DNA of 64,000 nucleotides from an uncultured Gemmataceae bacterium. Lineage in GTDB: Bacteria; Planctomycetota; Planctomycetia; Gemmatales; Gemmataceae. The first letter of the stretch is position 1; each line of letters opens with the position of its first letter. The notes beneath the pieces are model-generated. The model was not told where the DNA came from and made no database searches. It saw only the letters and a program-made list of their open reading frames with translations. The stretch covers positions 320,001 through 384,000 of the forward strand of contig CAVVPN010000001.1 in the NCBI GenBank assembly GCA_963750165.1, in the 5' to 3' direction. Of the stretch, positions 50,430 through 60,076 are shown one piece after another. The translations under genes and the position numbers were made by a program.

Positions 50430-52631
50430 ATGCCGCGTGCCTACCTTGCCGCTCTGCTCCTCTTCAGCCTCCCATTCGCCCCGGCCCGTGCCGACGGACT
50501 CAAGCCCGAGGCCAAGGTCGTCGAACTGGCGAAGACCGCCAAGCCATCCGTCGTGGTCATCACGACCACCGGCCGCGACGGCAAGCAGCACGGCATCGGC
50601 ACCGGTTTCGTGATCGGGGCAGACGGCCTGATTGCGACGAACCTGCACGTGCTCGGCGAGGCCCGGCCCATCACCGTGCAGCTGGCCGACGGCAAACGGC
50701 ACCCCGTCACCAGCGTCCACGCCTCCGACCGCTCGCTGGACCTGGCGCTGGTGCGCATCGCGGCGAAGGGGCTCGCGGCGCTGCCGCTGGGCGACTCCGA
50801 CAAACTCGTCAGTGGTCAACCGGTGGTAGCGCTGGGCCACCCACAGGGGCTGAAGTACAGCATCGTCAGCGGCATCGTCTCGGGCCGGCCGAAGGTGGAG
50901 GGCCGCGAGATGATCCAGCTGGCCATGCCGATCGAGCAGGGCAACAGCGGCGGCCCGCTGCTGGACCTGAACGGCAAGGTGCAGGGCATCGTCACGCTGA
51001 AGTCGCAGGTGACGGCGAACCTCGGTTTCGCGGTGCCGATCAACGCGCTGCGGGCGTTGCTGAAGAAGCCGAACCCGATCAGCATGGCACGCTGGGTGAC
51101 GATTGGCACGCTGAACCCGGAGGAGTGGCAGCCGGTGTTCGAGGGCAACTGGCGACAGCGGAGCGGCCGGATCGTGGTGGACGGTGTCGGCAGCGGTTTC
51201 GGCGGCCGGACGCTGTGTCTGGCGAAGGCGGAGCCGCCGGCGCTGCCGTTCGAGGTGAGCGTGCAGGTGAAGCTGGACGACGAGGCCGGGGCGGCGGGGC
51301 TGGTGTTCCACGCCGACGGCAAGGATCGGCATTACGGTTTCTACCCCAGCGCCGGCAAGTTGCGGCTGACGCGCTTCGAGGGGCCAGACGTGTACTCGTG
51401 GAAGGTGCTGCACAACGAGGCGAGCAAGCACTACCGGCCGGGCGACTGGAACACGCTGAAGGTGCGCGTCGCGGAGGGCAAGATCCGCTGCTACGTCAAC
51501 GACGAATTGGTGCTGGAGTCGGCTGACCCGGTGCTGAGCGAGGGCAAGGTCGGACTGGCGAAATTCCGCACGACGCACGCGGAATTCAAGCACTTCCAGG
51601 TGGCGAAGCAGGTCAAGCGCCTGACGCCGCCCGCGGCCCTGGTGGCGAAGGTGACGAAGGCGGTGGGCGAACTGCCGGCGCAGGGGCCGCTGTCCGGGCC
51701 GCTGGTCGAGAAACTGCTGCCGGACGCGCCGGACAGCCTGGCGGCGCTGCGGCACCGCGCGAAGCAGCTGGAACAGCAGGCCGCCCGGCTGCGCGAACTG
51801 GCGCTGGCGGTGCACCACCGGGCCGTGCTGAAGGAGCTGGAAAAAGTCGTCGCCGGCAAGGAAGCGGACATCGACCTGCTGCACGCCGCGCTGCTGATCG
51901 CCCGACTGGACGACGAGGAGCTGGACGTGGCGGCGTACCGGCGGCAGGTGGAGCGCATGGCGAAGGACCTGCGGGCGAAGTTGCCGAAGGGGACGACGGA
52001 GGCGGCGCGGCTGGAGGCGCTAAACAGAGACCTGTTCACGGAGCGCGGGTTCCACGGCAGCCGCGGCGAATACTACCATCGGGCCAACAGCTACCTGCAC
52101 CGCGTGCTGGAGGACCGCGAAGGCATTCCGATCACGCTGGCGGTGCTGTACCTGGAGTTGGGCCGGCGGCTGGACCTGAAGTTCGAGGGCGTCGGCCTGC
52201 CGGGGCACTTCGTGGTGCGCTACGTGCCGGTCAAGGGGAAACCGCGGCTGATCGACGTGTACGAGGGTGGCACGGTGCTCAGCCGCAAGGAAGCGGAGGA
52301 GAAGGTGCGGCGCATCACAGGCGAGCCGTTGCAGGAGGCGTACCTGGCGGCGGTGGGCAAGCGGCTGATCCTGGTGCGGATGCTGGCCAACCTGGCGGCG
52401 CTGGCGCGGCGGGACGAGGATCTGGCGTCGTTCCTGCGCTACCACGACGCCATGCTGGTGGTCAAGCCGGACCTGCTGGACGAGCGCTTGCAGCGGGCGG
52501 CGGCGCGGTATCAGCTGGGCGACCGGGCGGGGGCGCTGGCGGACGTGGACTGGCTGCTGGAGCACAACCCGACGGGGTTGGACCGCGAGCGGACCCTGGA
52601 ATTGCGGCGGATCCTGAGCAAGGGGCCTTGA
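50430..52631 (+). CDS. Secreted trypsin-like serine protease + DUF1080-like domain + SirB1/transglutaminase-like-TPR domain
   Basis: ATNLHV, DLAL, GNSGGP; WNTLKVRV; GIPITLAVLY, GLPGHFVV. Confidence 0.85.
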   Translation: MPRAYLAALLLFSLPFAPARADGLKPEAKVVELAKTAKPSVVVITTTGRDGKQHGIGTGFVIGADGLIATNLHVLGEARPITVQLADGKRHPVTSVHASDRSLDLALVRIAAKGLAALPLGDSDKLVSGQPVVALGHPQGLKYSIVSGIVSGRPKVEGREMIQLAMPIEQGNSGGPLLDLNGKVQGIVTLKSQVTANLGFAVPINALRALLKKPNPISMARWVTIGTLNPEEWQPVFEGNWRQRSGRIVVDGVGSGFGGRTLCLAKAEPPALPFEVSVQVKLDDEAGAAGLVFHADGKDRHYGFYPSAGKLRLTRFEGPDVYSWKVLHNEASKHYRPGDWNTLKVRVAEGKIRCYVNDELVLESADPVLSEGKVGLAKFRTTHAEFKHFQVAKQVKRLTPPAALVAKVTKAVGELPAQGPLSGPLVEKLLPDAPDSLAALRHRAKQLEQQAARLRELALAVHHRAVLKELEKVVAGKEADIDLLHAALLIARLDDEELDVAAYRRQVERMAKDLRAKLPKGTTEAARLEALNRDLFTERGFHGSRGEYYHRANSYLHRVLEDREGIPITLAVLYLELGRRLDLKFEGVGLPGHFVVRYVPVKGKPRLIDVYEGGTVLSRKEAEEKVRRITGEPLQEAYLAAVGKRLILVRMLANLAALARRDEDLASFLRYHDAMLVVKPDLLDERLQRAAARYQLGDRAGALADVDWLLEHNPTGLDRERTLELRRILSKGP

Positions 52632-52667
52632 CCCGCCGCGGTCGCTCGCAGTTTTTTCACGAACTGC

Positions 52668-52697
52668 TTGACGGCCCCGCGGGGCAGGCTCTATGAT
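52668..52697 (+). promoter_or_regulatory. Putative tRNA promoter
   Basis: TTGACG-18 nt-TATGAT, 30 nt upstream of the tRNA. Confidence 0.55.
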
Positions 52698-52727
52698 ACT
52701 CCCAGATTGCCAGTCCAAAAACCCTAC

Positions 52728-52812
52728 GCCGAAGTGGCGGAACTGGCAGACGCGCCAGGTTCAGGACCTGGTTCCCGTTAAGGGAGTGGAGGTTCGAGTC
52801 CTCTCTTCGGCA
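52728..52812 (+). tRNA. tRNA-Leu(CAG)
   Basis: Acceptor stem GCCGAAG/CTTCGGC, D-loop with GG, anticodon arm CCAGG-TTCAGGA-CCTGG, long variable arm, GGTTCGAGTCC; CCA not encoded. Confidence 0.96.
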
Positions 52813-52817
52813 CTGCG

Positions 52818-52850
52818 AAAAGCCTGGAAAAATCCAGGCTTTTTGCTTTT
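52818..52850 (+). terminator. Rho-independent terminator after the tRNA
   Basis: AGCCTGGA-AAAA-TCCAGGCT followed by a T-run. Confidence 0.75.
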
Positions 52851-52912
52851 CCTGGTGGTAAGGGCACCATTCGGGGGCACCATTCGAGGAGGCATCGCAA
52901 GGGCAACCTGCG

Positions 52913-53974
52913 ATGGCACGTCAAAGCAAACCGTGGTTCAGGGCGAGCAAAAACACCTGGTACGCCACGGTGGACGGCAAGAAAGTTTCACTCGGCGTTC
53001 GTGGCGAAGAGAATCGGAAGCAAGCCGTCAGCGCATGGCACCGGCTCATGGGCGGAATGCCCCTGGAAACGCCTCAGAAGCCGCCGCAAACGCACGAACC
53101 GCCACAAGTCGTCTCGAAATCCGAACGGAAGCCTGCGGGCGTCCAGAGCGTGATTACGTCGTTCCTGGCGGACGCTGAAACCCGTGTCGGGGGCGAGACG
53201 CAACGGGGTTACAGGAAGTATCTCATGCCTTTCGCCGCCCGCTACGGCAACCGGGACGCAGAACACCTGACTGTCTCAGAAGCCGAAGCCTACGTCCGCA
53301 ATCCCGCCTGGTCATCGACTTACCGGGCGAACGTCCTTTCCACGCTCATCACGGCGTTTCGTTGGGCAGAGCGGGAACGACTCATCAACCGAAGTCCACT
53401 GCACGGTCTGCGGAAACCGGCAAGGGCAAGTCGTGGGGCGAAAGCCATCGTCTCTGCCGAAGCCCACGCACGGCTCTGCGAACATGCTGATGCGTTCTTT
53501 CGGGCGTTCCTGCAACTGCTCTGGCTGACGGGGGCACGTCCCGGCGAGATTGCCGGGTTGCGAGCGGAAGCCATCGACCCGGCTCAAGGAGTCGCCGTCC
53601 TTGCTGAACACAAGACGGCTCATCTCGGCAAGGTTCGGGTTCTCTTCCTGTCTGCGGAGGCCGTCGCCGTCTTGGGTGAGCGGCTGGCCCTTCATCCCGA
53701 AGGATTGCTGTTTCCCGGTGAGGATGGGCAGAGGATGACACCGCAAGCGGTCGGATGCAGGCTTCGGCGGTTGTGCGTCAAGGCAGGCGTCAAGCACTGC
53801 ATCGCCTATGGCTTTCGGCACACCTTCGCAACCGACGCCCTTGCCAACGGCGTTCCCGATGCCCAAGTAGCGGCGTTGCTGGGGCACTCAGGGACGGCGA
53901 TGCTTCACAAGCACTACGCCCATCTCGGAGCGAGAGCGAAGGCACTGAGGGATGCTCTCGACAAGGTTCGGTAG
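52913..53974 (+). CDS. Tyrosine recombinase/integrase
   Basis: TGARPGE, HKT, YGFRH, LLGHS, HY; N-terminal arm-binding-like KPWFRASKNTWY. Confidence 0.93.
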   Translation: MARQSKPWFRASKNTWYATVDGKKVSLGVRGEENRKQAVSAWHRLMGGMPLETPQKPPQTHEPPQVVSKSERKPAGVQSVITSFLADAETRVGGETQRGYRKYLMPFAARYGNRDAEHLTVSEAEAYVRNPAWSSTYRANVLSTLITAFRWAERERLINRSPLHGLRKPARASRGAKAIVSAEAHARLCEHADAFFRAFLQLLWLTGARPGEIAGLRAEAIDPAQGVAVLAEHKTAHLGKVRVLFLSAEAVAVLGERLALHPEGLLFPGEDGQRMTPQAVGCRLRRLCVKAGVKHCIAYGFRHTFATDALANGVPDAQVAALLGHSGTAMLHKHYAHLGARAKALRDALDKVR

Positions 53975-53978
53975 CACA

Positions 53979-54047
53979 GCGAACGAGCGAACGGCGAACG
54001 AACACTCAAACCGTTTCAAGAGCCACGTTCGCCGTTCGCTCGTTCGC
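53979..54047. repeat. Hairpin with heptamer (GCGAACG) repeat arms after the integrase
   Basis: 22-bp perfect inverted arms. Confidence 0.7.
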
Positions 54048-54174
54048 CTTCGGAACGAGGCGAAAGCAACGATGCTGACTGCTACCATGCGGGCGGAAAA
54101 GTTCGTTTTTTACTTGCCGCCTGACTTTTCACCCGTACAATCTCTTAAATATACTTCCTTTGGAAATACCAGCC

Positions 54175-54534
54175 ATGCGAACAGCTATCTTTGCGGCGAT
54201 GGTCCTTGTAATCCTCGGTTGCGGCCCTTCGACTCGAAAGAAAGATGAAGAATTGATTGAGCAGGATTACATAAAATCCTTGAAGGTACAGGGAATTTCC
54301 AAAACAGTCAGCAACCCGAACGACCCTTTAGAGCGGCGAAGGAATGGCATTTTCTTCCTGGCCCTGATGACTGGTGCCGTCATACCGCTCTGCAACCACT
54401 GGCAGAGGAACAGGAGGCTTTTCGGCAGAGGGAAGAAGGTAGTGAACGAACAGGAACAGAAGCAGGATCAGCAGGAAAATCGACCTCTCGTGGACAAGGA
54501 AGAACACATCCTGTGGGAAGAGGATGAACAGTAG
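54175..54534 (+). CDS. Small putative lipoprotein/membrane protein (island cargo)
   Basis: MRTAIFAAMVLVILG-C lipobox-like, second hydrophobic segment; TTGCCG-16-TACAAT upstream. Confidence 0.5.
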   Translation: MRTAIFAAMVLVILGCGPSTRKKDEELIEQDYIKSLKVQGISKTVSNPNDPLERRRNGIFFLALMTGAVIPLCNHWQRNRRLFGRGKKVVNEQEQKQDQQENRPLVDKEEHILWEEDEQ

Positions 54535-55452
54535 TAACATTTCAATTATAGCCCAGCCCGATTCCAACAGGCTTTGTTGCTGGCGACCTTCTTGCAACAT
54601 GCACGGTCGCAAGTATTCCAGAGAGTTTCAATCCGCTGATTTGCCTGCCACCTACTAAGCGTTCCTTGGTTGGTTTGTATTCGGGAGAATGACACCTTCG
54701 ATACAGCACGGGCAATCAACTTTCCCTGATGTCTTCCTAACGCCGTTCTCTTTTTCGCCACACACAATCAAGGAGAACCACCGTCAAGGCGGCACGAGGG
54801 GCGGGAGTATGGAACTAGCGTCTGCGATTTACGGACAAAGTTAGTTAGTTTTGATTTTTGCTACATCAACCCGCTGTCGCCAAACAACGGAAGCACCACG
54901 GCATATAAAAGTGCCAAAACATCGTGCGCAGGGCGACTGTGGTCTGTGGCGTCTCCCCGAAAAGTTGTCAGCCCCCACCGCCCCCACCCCGTAAGACCAC
55001 GCACAGCCCGCCTTTTCTATTCGCCGTTCATAGCGGACAGCAGACACGAGGATACTAATAAACCCCTTACGGGGGTGGTGTAGTGTTTATTCCCCTCGGT
55101 GGTCTATGCTCGTTGCCTTGGTGCTTGTCGGGAATAGTCGCAACGAGCGAACCGGCGAATGGCGAACCCTTTCGTATTCGCCAAAATACAGCCAGTCGGC
55201 TTTGCCCTATGCGGCAGGACGGTAGGATGCCAACATATAAAGTTTTTAATGTTCATGCGTATACTAAACTGAATTTCGCTGCAATGCTTCACTTCCTAAC
55301 AGCAAAAAACACCTGTTGCGATAACTTTTTTTTCTGGCAAAGTGGCTACCTACAAAGAGGCGTGGCAGCGCACAGGAAAGCAAATATACGAAGCCGTGTT
55401 TGGAGTTGCCTGCCAGCAAGCCAAGCACGGCTTCTTCCATTTAGGTGAAAGT

Positions 55453-55890
55453 ATGAACGATAAAGTTTTTGACCCGATGGAGGGTTTCGTAGCCGACAGC
55501 AATAGCGGAGGGTTGCCGCCTGGGAACTACGTCGGCATGTTTGAGGCGGCTGAATACCTACCCGCACAAGAGAGCGATGCCATGAGCGGCGAAGGCGGTC
55601 GCAAATGGGCAAAAATCGCCTTCAAGTGGCGACTCACCGAAGACGCCAGTAACGGCGAACACAAAGGCAAGAATGCCGTGCGTGAGACGCCGCAAAGCAC
55701 AGGCGTCAAGTCCTCCTATGTCCAAGTTTGCGGCTTGGTGATGGGCAAACCCCTGACGCCGAAAGACGCCATCAAGATGAAGCCGTTTGTGGGTCGCAAA
55801 TACCTGCTGACCGTTGGCAACAAGACCGACAAGAACGGCAACCCGACCAACTGGACGCATGTTGTCAATGCGATGTTGATGCCGCAGTAG
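55453..55890 (+). CDS. Putative phage-type single-stranded DNA-binding (DUF669-like OB-fold) protein
   Basis: LPPGNYVGMF...IAFKWRL...GEHKGK...FVGRKYLLTV pattern; directly upstream of the primase. Confidence 0.5.
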   Translation: MNDKVFDPMEGFVADSNSGGLPPGNYVGMFEAAEYLPAQESDAMSGEGGRKWAKIAFKWRLTEDASNGEHKGKNAVRETPQSTGVKSSYVQVCGLVMGKPLTPKDAIKMKPFVGRKYLLTVGNKTDKNGNPTNWTHVVNAMLMPQ

Positions 55891-55959
55891 TTCGTTTAAC
55901 CCAAGAGGACGGGCTTGCTCACCGCTTGCCCGCCCTCGCATTCAAGAAAGACAAATCCT

Positions 55960-58185
55960 ATGCAGTATAGTAGTATGGCTGTCGGCGAAAACATTGCCGA
56001 AGCGTTGCGGTATGCTTCCCACGGCTACAAGGTTTATCCCGTGTGGGGCATCAAAGACGGCAAGTGCCTGTGCGGTGGCTTGAAAGGTTGCCGCCCTGGA
56101 AAACACCCGTGGGGCAAGGCAGTTCCACACGGCGAGAAAGACGCCACAACCGATGAGGCGACAATCCGCCGATGGTTCAAGATGCCCGTCGTCAATGTTG
56201 GCGTGAGTATTGACGGCGTCGTGGTTCTCGACCTTGACAAGAAGCATGGCGGTATGGACACGCTCGCCAATTGGGAACGCAAGCATGGTGCGCTGCCGCT
56301 GACGCCGACCGTAAAGAGCGGCGGTGGCGGACGGCATTTCGTATTCAAGCATCCCGGCGTGCCGCTCAACCCGAAGCCCGCACGAGGCGTTGATTGTTTA
56401 TGGGGCAACGGCGGCGGTTGGGTAGTGCCGCCCTCGCTCCACGCATCAGGCAACCGCTACGAATGGCTTGTGTCGTTGGAAACGCCGCTCGCCGCAATGC
56501 CGCCCTGGTTGGTGGAGATTGTCGCCGAGTGCCCGCTGCCGCTCCGCGGCAGCGGCGTGCGGCTTGACGACTTCGACCCAATGGACGGCTTCGTTGATTC
56601 CGTGCCCACCTTCGCTGACCTGGGGATGCTCCCTGCTGGTTGCCGCAATGATGCCGTCAATCGCACCATCGGCAGTATGCTCGGTAATGGCTTCACGCCA
56701 GAGCAAATCACCGAGGATGGCTTGCGCTGGGCAGAAATGCAAGAGTCGCCGTACTCGGCTGATGACCTGCGGGAGAAGGTTCGGCACTTCGGCCGCAAGC
56801 ATGAAGTCGAAATTAACGATTTACAGTATCCGCAAATCGTTCCACTCCATCAGGGCGAGTCGTGTTCGCCGTTCGCTGTTCGCCCTTCGCTATGCCCCTC
56901 CGGGGTTGTAGTTGCCCCCACCCCCATTGCACCGATTGACGGCGAACACTTCTTCGGTCTGCTCGGCGACTTCGTGCGAGCCGTCGAACCGTTCACCGAA
57001 GCAGACCCGCTCGGCATCCTGGTGTGTCTGCTGGGCGGGGTCGGCAATGCTCTCGGCAGAAACGTCCATCATCGCATCGGCAGACGGCACGGCACCAACC
57101 TGTTCGTCATGTTGATAGGGACAAGCGGCAATGACCGCAAAGGCACTTGTTGGGATGTAGCCGAAACGCTCCTTACACTTGCCAACCCTGCTTGGGCCGA
57201 TAGTTGTCTCGAAAATGGCTTGGGGAGTGGGCAGGGGCTTATTGACCGCATTCGAGACGCACAAGGCGATGACGCTGGCGTTCCCGACAAGCGGCTTATG
57301 GTTGTCGAGGAAGAGTTTGCAAAACCGATGCGGTTGATGCGAAGCGAGAGTAGCATCCTGTCCGCCAACCTGCGAGCGGCTTACGACGGCAAGCCGCTGG
57401 CCGTGCTGAATAGGGGCGAGAACCGCTACGGTTGTCGAGAGCCGCACGCCTCCATCGTTGGCATGATTACTCCCGAGGAGTTGCTGGAACAACTTAAAGG
57501 CCGCAGCGAGATGCACAACGGCTTCCTCAACCGCTTCCTGCTTATCGGCGTGAAGCGTACCCGCTACCTGCCGTGCGGTGCGGATTACGGCAAGGTGTGC
57601 CGAGATTACGCCGACCGGCTGCGAGAAGCAGTGGAGCGAGCCGCCGCACTGCGAGAGCCGCTTGGCGTGGCAGAGGATGCCGCCGCTTTTTGGGACGCCG
57701 AATATCGCAGATTGGAAGCCGAACGCCCTGGCAACTACGGCAAGGCGACCGCACGGCTTTCCGTCCATGCCCTCAAAGTGGCTCTGGTCTATGCCGCCCT
57801 TGAAGGCTCACCGAGTATCCGCCTGTCGCATTTACGAGCCGCCTTGTCGCTCATCGCCCACGCAGACCGCACGGCGTTCGACTTGTTCGGCACGGCATCG
57901 GCGGTCGCTCCCTGCGAAGAACCGCCGCACGCCAAACTGCTTACCCTCGCTCGGACTCGCTCGGACGGCATCATCAAGACGGACGCCTTTCGGCTGTTCA
58001 GCAACAAGCGGAAGGCGAGCGAGATTGACGCCGACTTCGCCCTGCTCACGGAGAACGGTTTTGGTCGCTGGGAGGGCACACGCTGGTTTGCAAGGAAGCC
58101 GGAATGCGATATGGGGGGTGGGGTGGCGAATGAGATAAAAGCGGTCTGCGAAACGGTGAATGGCGAAGAGAGGGGGTCGCTTTGA
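55960..58185 (+). CDS. Bifunctional primase/polymerase (Prim-Pol) fused to a DUF3987-like NTPase/helicase domain
   Basis: GKHP, ATTD..IRRWF, VVLDLD, SGGGGRHFVF, VVPPSLHASGNRYEW; NLFVMLIGTSG..RKGT, EEEFA, GFLNRFL. Confidence 0.85.
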   Translation: MQYSSMAVGENIAEALRYASHGYKVYPVWGIKDGKCLCGGLKGCRPGKHPWGKAVPHGEKDATTDEATIRRWFKMPVVNVGVSIDGVVVLDLDKKHGGMDTLANWERKHGALPLTPTVKSGGGGRHFVFKHPGVPLNPKPARGVDCLWGNGGGWVVPPSLHASGNRYEWLVSLETPLAAMPPWLVEIVAECPLPLRGSGVRLDDFDPMDGFVDSVPTFADLGMLPAGCRNDAVNRTIGSMLGNGFTPEQITEDGLRWAEMQESPYSADDLREKVRHFGRKHEVEINDLQYPQIVPLHQGESCSPFAVRPSLCPSGVVVAPTPIAPIDGEHFFGLLGDFVRAVEPFTEADPLGILVCLLGGVGNALGRNVHHRIGRRHGTNLFVMLIGTSGNDRKGTCWDVAETLLTLANPAWADSCLENGLGSGQGLIDRIRDAQGDDAGVPDKRLMVVEEEFAKPMRLMRSESSILSANLRAAYDGKPLAVLNRGENRYGCREPHASIVGMITPEELLEQLKGRSEMHNGFLNRFLLIGVKRTRYLPCGADYGKVCRDYADRLREAVERAAALREPLGVAEDAAAFWDAEYRRLEAERPGNYGKATARLSVHALKVALVYAALEGSPSIRLSHLRAALSLIAHADRTAFDLFGTASAVAPCEEPPHAKLLTLARTRSDGIIKTDAFRLFSNKRKASEIDADFALLTENGFGRWEGTRWFARKPECDMGGGVANEIKAVCETVNGEERGSL

Positions 58186-58486
58186 CAACGACGCCCTTCG
58201 CCAACGCCTTGATTCAGGTGAACCACTTGACGACGACGACTTCTTGAGGATGCTCAAGGAAATGCCTGACGACAAAACGGCTAAAGACAGCCTGCCCTTC
58301 CTTGAACGATTGGCGCTGCTTTGAGCGTCGGGGCACCCTTGAGGGCACTTTTGAGGCACCATTGGGGCTTGTCGGGGCACCATTCACGGCTACAATACCG
58401 ATGACGCTTATCTGCGATGCCGGAAGCGTTTGCCAGCGAAATCCCTGAAAAACACAGGCATTTCGCATTTGCTGACGTGAGTTTTC

Positions 58487-58537
58487 GGACCTGGTTCCCG
58501 TTAAGGGAGTGGAGGTTCGAGTCCTCTCTTCGGCACT
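58487..58537 (+). repeat. att site: duplicated 3' half of tRNA-Leu
   Basis: Identical to 52764-52814. Confidence 0.95.
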
Positions 58538-58713
58538 TGACGCAGCCGTCGTAAAGGCGGCAACGAACGGCACTTAGGACACATGATCCTGAGTGCCGTT
58601 TGTCGTTGTACAACATCGGTACAACAAACCGGGCATTCGCAGGGAGGTTGAAGGGAGGCTCCTTGACAGCACCGCCGAACCGATCTAGCGGTTCCCTGAA
58701 AGGCGGTGGCAAG

Positions 58714-59811
58714 GTGGCGAGTCTCAGGAAAAACAAGCAGGACGAGTACATCATGTGCTTCCGGTTGGGCGGGCGGCAGTACAACCGGGCGCTCGGCACG
58801 GACGACGAGAGGGAGGCGACTGCCAGGTTGAAGCGGGTGGAAGCGACCCTCCACGATCTCGGCACGGGGCGGCTCGCCCTCCCCGAAGGCTGTCTTGACG
58901 TGGGCTTGTTCGTCATGTCGGACGGCAAGGCGACGGCGAAGCCGACCATGCCGAAGGTCGTCACCGTTCAGACGGTGATCGACGGGTTCCTGGCGGATGC
59001 CGAAGGCAGGGTCAGCCCGGAATGCTTTCGGCAGTACCAAAAGCATCTCCGGCGGTTCGCAGCCAAGTTCGGGAACCGCCCTGCCGAATCGTTGACCGTG
59101 GAGGAAGTGGAAAATTACAGTAAGAGACCCGAATGGTCCCCCTCCTACCGCAACGGCGTTCTCGGCACGGTGGTATCGGCGTTTCGGTGGGCGGCATCTG
59201 ACCGTCGCCGGTTGATCGGGTCGAACCCCATCGCTGGTATCAAGAAGCCGAAGAAGCAGAGCCGGGGGCGAAAGGCGATCATCTCCCCTGCCGATCACGC
59301 CAAGCTGATCGAACATGCCGATGCCGATTGGAAGGAGTACCTGGCGTTGCTATGGGAAACCGGGGCACGACCTGGCGAGATCGCCGGATTGACCGTCGAT
59401 GACGTTCACCTGGCAACCAAGATGGTCATTCTCGCCAAGCACAAGACGGCGGACCAGACCGGGGAGGATCGGATCATCCACTTGACCGATGCGGCAGTGG
59501 CGATCCTCGAACGGCGGCTCGCCACGCATCCCGTAGGACTGTTATTCCCCGGCGAAGATGGACAGAGGTTGTCTGCGAACAATGTTGCCTGCCGGATGCG
59601 GCGGCTCTGTCAGAGGGCGGGCGTCAAGGCGTTCTGCTACTCGTACCGACATACCTACGGGACCGATGCTTTGAGCAAGGGCATCCCGGATGCGGTTGTC
59701 GCTACTTTGATGGGTCACACCGGGACCGCAACCCTCCATCGTCACTACAGCCACCTGACAAGTCGGAATCAGGTACTTCACCAAGGGGCAATCCAGGTCC
59801 GGGCAGGATGA
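58714..59811 (+). CDS. Second tyrosine recombinase/integrase
   Basis: TGARPGE, HKT, YSYRH, LMGHT, HY; clearly similar to 52913-53974. Confidence 0.92.
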   Translation: MASLRKNKQDEYIMCFRLGGRQYNRALGTDDEREATARLKRVEATLHDLGTGRLALPEGCLDVGLFVMSDGKATAKPTMPKVVTVQTVIDGFLADAEGRVSPECFRQYQKHLRRFAAKFGNRPAESLTVEEVENYSKRPEWSPSYRNGVLGTVVSAFRWAASDRRRLIGSNPIAGIKKPKKQSRGRKAIISPADHAKLIEHADADWKEYLALLWETGARPGEIAGLTVDDVHLATKMVILAKHKTADQTGEDRIIHLTDAAVAILERRLATHPVGLLFPGEDGQRLSANNVACRMRRLCQRAGVKAFCYSYRHTYGTDALSKGIPDAVVATLMGHTGTATLHRHYSHLTSRNQVLHQGAIQVRAG

Positions 59812-59871
59812 GTCTTAGCAAGGTCGGACGACAACCTCGTGCCGCGAAGCGGCACGAGGTTGCTTCCACCA

Positions 59872-60076
59872 TCACGGTTGCGGCAACAAACCCTCGCTCT
59901 GGTATCGCACAAGCTCTTCGTGCGATAGACTCCATTCCAGACTGCAACCACGTCCGCACGCTCGCTTCGTGGCATTCACCCTTTTGAGCCTGCACCACTC
60001 CCGCACGGTGTACTCATCCCGTTCGACCAACTTTGCAAACTCGCCAGTGGTGTAGGCGGCTTTGACCGAAGCTTGG
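59872..60076 (-). pseudogene. Excisionase-like HTH gene, 5'-truncated by IS3
   Basis: [35 protein letters not shown]...W; convergent on the integrase. Confidence 0.75.

Larger units (their letters stand above)
52764..58537 (+). mobile_element. Integrative element 1 (~5.7 kb) inserted at tRNA-Leu
   Basis: Identical 51-bp direct repeats at 52764-52814 and 58487-58537; integrase next to the left att; visibly lower GC. Confidence 0.9.

Noticed and set aside
50137..50430. SAM or cobalamin riboswitch upstream of the methionine synthase-like gene
   Set aside because: No recognisable conserved riboswitch motifs; the region holds the dispersed repeat instead. An Rfam scan would be decisive.
54546..55448. 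Short ORFs in the AT-rich island interior (54546-54767, 54841-55047, 55083-55448)
   Set aside because: No convincing starts or motifs; more likely regulatory or origin DNA, though small genes cannot be excluded.
58487..58537. Second tRNA gene
   Set aside because: Only the 3' half is present (no D arm or complete anticodon arm); it is an att duplication.
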